Origin: Candidatus Heimdallarchaeota archaeon
Lineage (GTDB): Archaea > Asgardarchaeota > Heimdallarchaeia > Heimdallarchaeales > Heimdallarchaeaceae
Assembly: GCA_030668825.1 (NCBI GenBank)
Contig: DAOVET010000015.1
Location: 135 to 24,134, forward strand
DNA: 24,000 nt
Direction of reading: 5' to 3'
Within the stretch, counting starts at the first letter, position 1, and each line of letters begins with the position of its first letter. The translations under genes were made by a program, and so were the position numbers. Below, piece by piece: positions 16,141-22,765 of the stretch. The notes beneath the pieces were generated by a model. It searched no databases. It had not been told where the DNA came from and saw only the letters and a list, made by a program, of their open reading frames with translations.

Positions 16141-17589
16141 TTAAAGTTCTTTCAATACTCTTCGAAAGTCATTTAACCAACGAGCTGCTTGAAATTCTAA
16201 TTTTTCGCAATCTTCTTCTTTAATGATCTCCTGCGGCTTATATTTTCCTATAATTTCACGCCAATTATTCATATCTCCAATAACCCAATGGTCTTTTGGT
16301 ATTGAAGGAAATGTTTTCAGAATGTGAATCATTTCTTCGATGTCTGCTATTATGAGATCTGCTCTAGCTACTGATCTTAATCTAGTTAAATCAATAAGTT
16401 CAATCGCAGATGAAACGAAATCAGCTGTTTTAGATGGGATTTTCTTGAGTGTATCAAATGGAATTGAGCTGGTATCTGCAGTTTCTTTCCCTTCAACAAC
16501 CATGAGTTGTTTGATTCCCTTTTGATATCTATTATTTAGATTCTCTCGTTTCACAAAATCATCTAAATTAAATCCTACTTTTTCTAATTCTAATCTTGTT
16601 TTGAAAATTCCTCTAATAAGCGCACGAAGTTGCTTTCTATAAGCAATCTGCTCAATTTCACTTTTTTCGTAACTGCTAACTAGATTGTCTAAAGTTGCAA
16701 TTGAAGCAAACAGATCAGCTTCCAAATTCAATATTTTTTCTTCTGCTTTTGTCATGTCACCACTTGAGCTACTTTTAACTTGAGTGAGTTGTTTCTCAGC
16801 TATAAAACCTTTTTTAGCATATCTTTTATGTAATTTGAGGTAATCAATATTAGTCATGTCACCATCCTCAAATTTTTCCTGTATTATTTCTAGAGTATCT
16901 TGGACAGATAATGATTCAGCTCTCAAATCGTCTTCTAATGATATAGAAATCTCTTTAGTTCTACTTTGTACAGCTATTCCGCCTTCTTTCAATAGAGCTT
17001 CTCTTTCTTTTTCTATATCTCTGGAAACATGCTCTATTTTATCTTGATAATTGACAATTGTTTTATCGATAGATCGTCTTTCTTCCTCAATTCTTGGATC
17101 TATACTTGCGAAAGAAGCTTGAGGTATTGTCTTCACAGGAATTGTTGCTCTAGGTAATGTTGAAAATCTTTGTTCCCCTTTTGGTTTCTTAGTCTTTGTC
17201 TTGTATGGTTTAGCAGGAACATTGATGAAAAGTTGTTTTATATCAATCATAACCTGATAAATATGATACCTAATTTCCCATTCTGCAAGAAGACGCATAC
17301 TTAATGTGCCATCTTCATCCACATTAGGGTGATTTACTTTAGGAGTAATATCAACAAATGGAGGTATTTCAGGGAAACCATCCTGAATGTAAATGTTGGC
17401 AAAAATTGGTATCTCAGTACCTTCTATTGTTCCAACATAGCCTTTCCATTGTTTCAAATTACCTCTAACAGGTTCGAAATTTATTTGTTTATCGAATACT
17501 AATTGCATTTCATTTGCAAGATGGAAATCGTCTGTGGAAATTTTGTTCACCTTTCTAATTATATCTCTAAATAACTTGATACCAATCAA
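16141..17589 (-). CDS. ESCRT-I-like fusion protein: N-terminal UEV (catalytically inactive E2 fold) + Pro/Lys linker + coiled-coil stalk + C-terminal Vps28-like domains
   Basis: Aa 40-125 NLKQWKGYVGTIEGTEIPIFANIYIQDGFPEIPPFVDITPKVNHPNVDEDGTLSMRLLAEWE match the UBC core (YPFKPPKV..HPNI...G.ICLDIL), with HPN kept but the active-site Cys replaced by Ser97. Aa 285-482 (LFASIATLDNLVSSYEKSEI...; ADFVSSAIELIDLTRLRSVARADLIIADIEEMIHILKTFPSIPKDHWVIGDMNNWREIIG...CEKLEFQAARWLNDFRRVL) parallel human VPS28 (LFAVVKTMQALEKAYIKD...; IADVVSLFITVMDKLRLEIRAMDEIQPDLRELMETMHRMSHLPPDFEGRQTVSQWLQTLSG...VRQMLFDLESAYNAFNRFL). Confidence 0.8.
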   Translation of the reverse strand: MIGIKLFRDIIRKVNKISTDDFHLANEMQLVFDKQINFEPVRGNLKQWKGYVGTIEGTEIPIFANIYIQDGFPEIPPFVDITPKVNHPNVDEDGTLSMRLLAEWEIRYHIYQVMIDIKQLFINVPAKPYKTKTKKPKGEQRFSTLPRATIPVKTIPQASFASIDPRIEEERRSIDKTIVNYQDKIEHVSRDIEKEREALLKEGGIAVQSRTKEISISLEDDLRAESLSVQDTLEIIQEKFEDGDMTNIDYLKLHKRYAKKGFIAEKQLTQVKSSSSGDMTKAEEKILNLEADLFASIATLDNLVSSYEKSEIEQIAYRKQLRALIRGIFKTRLELEKVGFNLDDFVKRENLNNRYQKGIKQLMVVEGKETADTSSIPFDTLKKIPSKTADFVSSAIELIDLTRLRSVARADLIIADIEEMIHILKTFPSIPKDHWVIGDMNNWREIIGKYKPQEIIKEEDCEKLEFQAARWLNDFRRVLKEL

Positions 17590-17630
17590 AGTTTAAAAAA
17601 TGTTGCATTTGAAAAGCGAAAAATGACTAA

Positions 17631-18635
17631 TTACTCAGATAATTGTAAAACTATTTTGATTGGTTGGGCTAAATTCTTGTCTAGAACGAATACAATAGCC
17701 TTTTTAGAATCCAGCGCATCTTCAAGTAATGATTCAACCTTTAACAGTTTTCCTTGCACCATTAAGTCTGGTTTTTCTAACCCATAAGTCAACATCAATC
17801 TCATTCTGAGCTCTTTTACAGTTTCAGTTGGAAGCGCCACAAACTCGATTTGTTCTAATTTATACATCTCTCCACAGGCTGGACAGTCCTTGGTTTTTTC
17901 TAGTTCTATAATTGTAGTAGCATTATGAAGACCATCATAGAAGAGATAATTTTCCAATTTTTCACCTAGTTCCAGAATTAACTTTATTGTTTCCTGAGCC
18001 ATTATCCCCCCAATAATTGATGATAATGTAGCAACAGCTGGCAATGGTGGCTCTACATCTATTTCTTTCCTCTCCTTTTTCCTTTCTTCCCCAAATGGAG
18101 AGCATGCTTGAGCTAACTCTTCGTCTGGTACCAAAGGCTGGCATTCGAAACAAGCTGTTTCATACGGAATAATTACTTGTGCATTACCCAAGAAAGCAAA
18201 CATACCCCCCATAACAAGTGGTTTTTTTACTCGAATAGCCATCGAATTGATCCATCTTCTTCCAATAAAAGTATCTAAACAAGCCACTATAACATCTGCT
18301 TGCTCATAAACTGATACTGAAATATTCTCCATCTTTTTATGATAAAAATCAATCTCGATTTTGGGGTTTATTTCTTTCAATCTTTGTACAGCTGTTTCTG
18401 ATTTTGATTTACCAACATCCTCATCTTTGAACAATAATTGTCGATTTAGATTCGAAACTTCAATTGTATCAAAATCAATAATCGTAAGTTTACCTATTCC
18501 TGAAGAGACAAGTACAGTTGCTGCATAGCTCCCTATTGCTCCAACCCCCACTAGAACAACAGAACTATTGTCAAGTTTTAGTTGATCCCATCCTGGAATA
18601 AGTTGTTGTCTTGAGTAGCGCTCATCTCCATCCAT
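17631..18635 (-). CDS. E1-like ubiquitin-activating enzyme (ThiF/MoeB/UBA fold) with C-terminal extension
   Basis: 334 aa. YSRQ...VVLVGVGAIGSYAATVLVSSGIGKLTIIDFDTIEVSNLNRQLLF (Rossmann GxGxxG plus NLNRQ). Zn-site pairs CFEC (162-165) and CPAC (251-254). Cys178 lies in a charged crossover-like loop. About 75 extra C-terminal residues. Sits immediately downstream of the ubiquitin-like gene. Confidence 0.9.
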   Translation of the reverse strand: MDGDERYSRQQLIPGWDQLKLDNSSVVLVGVGAIGSYAATVLVSSGIGKLTIIDFDTIEVSNLNRQLLFKDEDVGKSKSETAVQRLKEINPKIEIDFYHKKMENISVSVYEQADVIVACLDTFIGRRWINSMAIRVKKPLVMGGMFAFLGNAQVIIPYETACFECQPLVPDEELAQACSPFGEERKKERKEIDVEPPLPAVATLSSIIGGIMAQETIKLILELGEKLENYLFYDGLHNATTIIELEKTKDCPACGEMYKLEQIEFVALPTETVKELRMRLMLTYGLEKPDLMVQGKLLKVESLLEDALDSKKAIVFVLDKNLAQPIKIVLQLSE

Positions 18636-18774
18636 TTAATGAACTCCTTGAATGACTCACATAGAAAGAACTGATATAAGTTTCTTTTTACTATCACACT
18701 GAAAACAACGAGAAAATCTATAAAAAGAGCTTTTTATGAAAGAAAATTAAATTAAAAGAAGTGGTTAGATAAAA

Positions 18775-19011
18775 CTAAAGTCCACCTTTAGTTCTAGCAA
18801 TAAGATAGCATTTATCGCCATCCATCATTCCTGTTTGTTTTAGTATCTCACTGTCATCAAGTTGCTTACCATGGAAAACTATAATGACGGTGTTCGCAGG
18901 AATTTTCTTCTTTTTAGCAACTTCTCTCTTTAATTGAGCAACTGTTGAATGTGGATCAACATCTAAATCTATTTTTCCTCCACCAATTGCTGTTACTACA
19001 GTTATTCTCAC
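18775..19011 (-). CDS. Ubiquitin-like modifier (beta-grasp), C-terminus ...RTKGG-L
   Basis: 78 aa (GTG start). MRITVVTAIGGGKIDLDVDPHSTVAQLKREVAKKKKIPANTVIIVFHGKQLDDSEILKQTGMMDGDKCYLIARTKGGL aligns along its full length with ubiquitin ([76 protein letters not shown]). This includes the GKQL (K48-equivalent) motif and a di-glycine followed by one extra residue. Confidence 0.85.
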   Translation of the reverse strand: MRITVVTAIGGGKIDLDVDPHSTVAQLKREVAKKKKIPANTVIIVFHGKQLDDSEILKQTGMMDGDKCYLIARTKGGL

Positions 19012-19120
19012 TTTTGTTCACACCTAAATCTTTCTAAATTTCTATTAACATATTCATTCTTAAAGCTTACCAAATTGTTCTGCGTTTTTTGAATTTGCAA
19101 AAGTTTGAAGTTTTGGGGAA

Positions 19121-19519
19121 TTAATAGGTTGTCTTCTTTTCCCTTTCTCCCTTTCTTTTTATTGTTATAGAGGAAGGAATCCCCTCTATCTCTCTTTCTA
19201 GCTTTTTGACACCTAATCTCGATATCTGTTTTCCCTCAAGAAAACCAATCTTAATCATATATAACACGTTTTTGAAAATTGTTTCTGCAGTTGGTTTTTT
19301 AGATAGATTCTCATAGAGATTGATCCAGTAATTATAAGCATCTGGGCCCAAAAAATATTCCATTAACGCCAATTTATCTTTTTCTTCTATACTTGCTGGA
19401 GATTCTTCTGCCTCTTTTAACTCTTCCATACGCTGTTTTCTTTGTTCAGCAATTTGCATTAATTCTTTTGCTTTTCTTTGCTTAATTTTCTCCAGTTCAT
19501 CATCAGTTGTCATTGGCAA
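19121..19519 (-). CDS. PDCD5/TFAR19-like dsDNA-binding-domain protein
   Basis: 132 aa. The charged N-terminal helix ELEKIKQRKAKELMQIAEQRKQR and the core LSKKPTAETIFKNVLYMIKIGFLEGKQISRLGVKKLEREI...ITIKRKG parallel PDCD5 ([39 protein letters not shown]...VKFNRRK). Start is TTG 19519 or ATG 19513. Confidence 0.7.
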   Translation of the reverse strand: MPMTTDDELEKIKQRKAKELMQIAEQRKQRMEELKEAEESPASIEEKDKLALMEYFLGPDAYNYWINLYENLSKKPTAETIFKNVLYMIKIGFLEGKQISRLGVKKLEREIEGIPSSITIKRKGEREKKTTY

Positions 19520-19580
19520 TCTTCAGCACAAAGCAAGGAATCAAGTTATTAAACTTATTTTTTTATCACTTAAAGCAGTC

Positions 19581-20275
19581 CTAAGATTTGTTTATAGGTA
19601 AATGTTTCTTAACAGTTAGGAATCTAGATAAAACATTAAATTTTTCTGCATATTTTACTCCACACTTCATTCCATTGGATCGCCGATTAACATCTAACCA
19701 ATCATCAACTTGTTGCCAATCATAAAAATCACCATAAAGTTTGGCTACTTCCTTAACTTTCTCAAAAGAGGAGGTTATATCTATGTAGATTGTTGGCAAA
19801 GGTGATACTTCCTCATGATACATGAAGATTGGAATATGAAGTGGAGGTCTATAAGGATCTAGCGGCTCTGTTATCTTTGGAATACGCGCATATGTGATTG
19901 CATCATAGAGTATTTGAGCAGTTCCTCTGTGATTCGGATGTCTTGTGTTCATTGACCATGTTACTACTGCATCTGGTTTGACCTCAGCTATCACTTTAGC
20001 CATTTTCAGTGCACTTTCTCTTGTAGCTCTCACGGATGTATCACCATATCCTAGAAAAAGAGTTTCACAACCAATTATCTTCCCAACATCTTTCCCTTGT
20101 TTTTCTCTTATTTCTTTCACTTCAGAAAAAGACATATCGTTAAAATGTGAAGCCATTTCACCACTAGCACAACTTTATCTCCCTTCTCAACATGATTAAC
20201 TAAAGTACCTATGCACCCAACTTCATCATCAGGGTGTGCTACACATGCTAAAATTGTTTTTCTTCCAGTATTCAT
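19581..20275 (-). pseudogene. PIG-L/LmbE-family N-acetylglucosaminyl deacetylase, interrupted by a 1-nt frameshift
   Basis: A 52-codon ORF from ATG 20275 encodes the family N-terminus MNTGRKTILACVAHPDDEVGCIGTLVNHVEKGDKVVLVV (AHPDDE metal motif) and then runs out of frame to a stop at 20117. The 191-aa track ORF (19581-20156) carries the rest (..LGYGDTSV...AEVKPDAVVTWSMNTRHPNHRGTAQ..) in the -1 frame. One added nucleotide between 20120 and 20174 (for example in the A3 run at 20156-20158) restores a single ORF of about 230 aa. Confidence 0.7.
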
Positions 20276-20423
20276 TGAGATATCTTACCTTTTGAGTTTT
20301 TAAATTTCTTCTTTTATTAATTTTAATTTTTATCACTTTGAATTAAGTCTCTTGCCAAAAAATACTTTAAATAATCAAAACAAAACATAACAGACAAGAA
20401 CGCTTTGTCTTGAGGCCATCTTA

Positions 20424-21044
20424 ATGTATGATGAACATAGAACTCAAAAAGTTGCTCGAATTATAGAAATCCCCATTCCTCTTGAGTTCTTCGATATGTT
20501 GCAGGATTTGGTTTCATACTATGGGAATAATGATAAAGCAGTTTTAGAGTCTATCAAGGCACATCATAAGGAAATGTTCGGCTCATTGGATGATTTTAGA
20601 ATACAGATAGCGTCAACAGTCTCCAGAGGAGTGAAAACGGTTTCTGGGATGAATACCCCTGTTACGGATGGTAGATTAGCTAGAATCATTGAGAATGGTA
20701 AGAAATTTGAACAAAAAACCCAGAAAGAAATTGAAAAAGTGGATAAATTACTTAATAAACTTGAAAATACTACTGTTTTTAAGGAATTGAAAGAAGAAAT
20801 CTCTTCAATGAAAAGTATGATTGAGAGAATACAATCTACAGGGGTAATCACACAAAAACCTAGAGGTCCCAAAGCAGATCTTTCTTCTTTGGAAATAGAA
20901 ATTGATGATTCAGTAACAGGATCAATGTCTCCACCAGAAAGACCCTTGCTTGATACAGTTCTAGATAGTATGCTTTTCTTTGATGATGAAGAATTAGCTG
21001 AAGATTCTGAAGAAGAAATCAAAAAAGAAACAGAAGAAAATTAA
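20424..21044 (+). CDS. Hypothetical protein with central coiled coil and strongly acidic C-terminus
   Basis: 206-aa ORF with normal Lys/Glu-rich composition for this genome. The antisense 152-aa ORF is Ser-rich shadow sequence. The N-terminal KVARIIEIPIPLEFFDMLQDLVSYYG..AVLESIKAHH is weakly reminiscent of a ribbon-helix-helix, which is not supportable without a profile search. Confidence 0.5.
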   Translation: MYDEHRTQKVARIIEIPIPLEFFDMLQDLVSYYGNNDKAVLESIKAHHKEMFGSLDDFRIQIASTVSRGVKTVSGMNTPVTDGRLARIIENGKKFEQKTQKEIEKVDKLLNKLENTTVFKELKEEISSMKSMIERIQSTGVITQKPRGPKADLSSLEIEIDDSVTGSMSPPERPLLDTVLDSMLFFDDEELAEDSEEEIKKETEEN

Positions 21045-21045
21045 T

Positions 21046-21582
21046 TTATTTTTTTGATTGATTGACTAATAATTGTGCAATATTAGTGAAAGCTTCCTCT
21101 ACTTGATTTCCAGTTAATGCACTTGTTCTGATGCTAAAATGGCTTTTTATTTTTGTGTGAACTGCATCATATTCTTTTTTTGAAACAGCAATTTGATTTT
21201 TTAAATCTTCTTTATTACCAATAAGAACTTTGATTACATCTTTACCACAGTTATCTACAAATTCTTTTTCCCACTTTTGAACATCTTTGAGAGTTGCAGC
21301 TCTTGTTAAATCATAAACTAATAATGCTGCCCTTGCCCCTTTATAGAATGTGTGTCGGATGAAACGAAACCTTTCTTGCCCTGCTAAATCCCAGATAGAA
21401 AGAGCAACTCTTGTTCCATCTTCTAAATCTATGTGTTTTTCAGACGGTTCCATGCCGATAGTCATAAGGTAGGAACTATCAAATCTATCGTGAACAAATC
21501 GTTGTACTAAACTTGTTTTACCAACAGCTGCGGATCCTAATAATAAGATTTTGTAGTTGTAATCTGGTTGAATTTTACTCAT
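21046..21582 (-). CDS. Ras-superfamily small GTPase (Rab/Ras-like), no C-terminal prenylation cysteines
   Basis: 178 aa. G1 GSAAVGKTS, switch I YLMTIGME, G3 WDLAGQERF, G4 GNKEDL, G5 TSALTG. The C-terminus ...LLVNQSKK lacks a CAAX or CC motif. Confidence 0.9.
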   Translation of the reverse strand: MSKIQPDYNYKILLLGSAAVGKTSLVQRFVHDRFDSSYLMTIGMEPSEKHIDLEDGTRVALSIWDLAGQERFRFIRHTFYKGARAALLVYDLTRAATLKDVQKWEKEFVDNCGKDVIKVLIGNKEDLKNQIAVSKKEYDAVHTKIKSHFSIRTSALTGNQVEEAFTNIAQLLVNQSKK

Positions 21583-21583
21583 T

Positions 21584-21895
21584 TTACTCCTCTTCTAGTA
21601 GTTTAGCTATTCTTTCCAAATCCTCTATGAGACTATCTAAATAAAACTTTTCAAAACTACCCTCAGCTCTGTCAATAGTACTTAGAGAAATACAGAGATC
21701 TTCAATGGCTTCTTTGTGTTCTTTTTCTTGTTGTGTCGGTAAATAGCTCTTTATTTTTCTTAGAACTTTTTTTGCCATTCCTGAAGTGAGTTTGCGATTA
21801 ATTGTACCTTCTTGATAAGCTTGTACTGTAGAGCGCATCCATAAAGCCACGTTATACAAATTGTCAATCTCATCGGGAGGGGAAATAGTGGTCAT
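21584..21895 (-). CDS. Hypothetical helical protein, translationally coupled upstream partner of the small GTPase
   Basis: 103-aa ORF ending 1 nt before the GTPase ATG. Helical, acidic C-terminus (LIEDLERIAKLLEEE). No recognisable family. Confidence 0.55.
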   Translation of the reverse strand: MTTISPPDEIDNLYNVALWMRSTVQAYQEGTINRKLTSGMAKKVLRKIKSYLPTQQEKEHKEAIEDLCISLSTIDRAEGSFEKFYLDSLIEDLERIAKLLEEE

Positions 21896-21961
21896 TACAG
21901 CTAAGAAAAGTTTACAAGATTAATATAATTTGTGTTGAATGGGATTAAAAGAAAATAGTAG

Positions 21962-21986
21962 AAAAAAAAAGAGGGGAAACCCCTCT
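21962..21986 (-). terminator. Stem-loop followed by a T9 run (read on - strand), downstream of the wHTH gene
   Basis: The + strand reads AAAAAAAAAGAGGGGAAACCCCTCT. On the - strand this is AGAGGGG-TTT-CCCCTCT (7-bp GC-rich stem, 3-nt loop) followed by TTTTTTTTT, about 45 nt after the 22029 stop. Confidence 0.45.
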
Positions 21987-22028
21987 CACACTCCCTATAT
22001 TTACGGAGCCTAAGACTCCAGCATAAAC

Positions 22029-22301
22029 TTAAGCTGTTTGACTAACTTGAGCTTTTTCTCCTACGAGAAACTCAAAGTTGTCACGTATTGCAGGATCCAA
22101 GTAATAGAATACACTACGCATATCTGATAAATTGGACATTTTCTTAAGGATTCCTTTCTCAAGCAACCTTCTAATACCGTAACGGACAGTCCTTTCGGGT
22201 TGGCTTACTGACCCAAGGATTTGCTTCTGAGTCATAGGGCCGCTTACATCTAAGACTTTAATTATGTCTTCTCCACCGCGTGGAAGTTTTCGTCTTTTCA
22301 T
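22029..22301 (-). CDS. Small winged helix-turn-helix transcriptional regulator
   Basis: 90 aa. IIKVLDVSGPMTQKQILGSVSQPERTVRYGIRRLLEKGILKK...VFYYL fits a wHTH pattern (recognition helix plus wing). AAGGTG lies 8 nt upstream of the ATG. Confidence 0.7.
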   Translation of the reverse strand: MKRRKLPRGGEDIIKVLDVSGPMTQKQILGSVSQPERTVRYGIRRLLEKGILKKMSNLSDMRSVFYYLDPAIRDNFEFLVGEKAQVSQTA

Positions 22302-22765
22302 TTTTTACACCTTTTTTGATGTTCAACCACTTGGAATGGTTGTCTTACTCTTTAGAGCTCGTCTAAGAGTCGAATTTTGTTAGCGATACTGTTTCCTAAC
22401 GTTAACCCTTATAAAGTTTTGGGAGGTCCAAAACGGCTTTCTTACGGGGTTTTGGACACTTTTCTATGTATCGCCTATACGTATACAACATTATCGGTTA
22501 AAAATGTGAATTTACCCGTTTCTAATGTTCTAGCAGTAATATTAACGCATTTCCACTTATATAGTTTTCTCAAAAAAGTGCAAAAAGGTGCAAAAAAAGA
22601 TAAATTTATATATCATTCTTTGGCTTTTTTGCGTTTTTCAAAAGAAAAAATGTGTGATAATCACAACTTTGTAGCAGAAAATGCTTTACTGTGTTAAATC
22701 ATTTTTTTCTAATTGCTTTTATGTAATTCAGTTAAACTTAAAACCGTCTCATCTTTCTTTAGTTT
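22302..22765. promoter_or_regulatory. Long divergent intergenic control region with several inverted and direct repeats
   Basis: Inverted repeats: CAACCA/TGGTTG (22324-22342), ACTCTT/AAGAGT (22347-22370), GTTAG/CTAAC (22379-22400). A GTTTTGG / GTCCAAAAC / GTTTTGGAC triplet (22416-22457). Direct repeat GTGCAAAAA x2 (22578-22596). TATA-like ATAAATTTATATAT (22600-22613). Palindrome TGTGAT-A-ATCACA (22653-22665). Function not established. Confidence 0.3.

Noticed and set aside
19581-20275. PIG-L family hydrolase as the missing deubiquitinase or Ub C-terminal processing enzyme
   Set aside because: PIG-L/LmbE enzymes are carbohydrate N-deacetylases by established knowledge. Nothing in the sequence suggests isopeptidase activity, and the gene is frameshifted.
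20564-21022. 152-aa ORF on the - strand overlapping the 206-aa + strand ORF
   Set aside because: Its poly-Ser-rich sequence (SSSESSANSSSSKKS...) is the reverse-complement shadow of the Glu/Lys-rich + strand ORF. The + strand ORF has the composition typical of this genome, so only that one is called.
22377-22697. 106-aa TTG-start ORF in the long intergenic region
   Set aside because: It has an odd composition and a rare start codon, and it spans multiple palindromes, poly-A/T tracts and TATA-like sequence. The region is more plausibly regulatory or non-coding.
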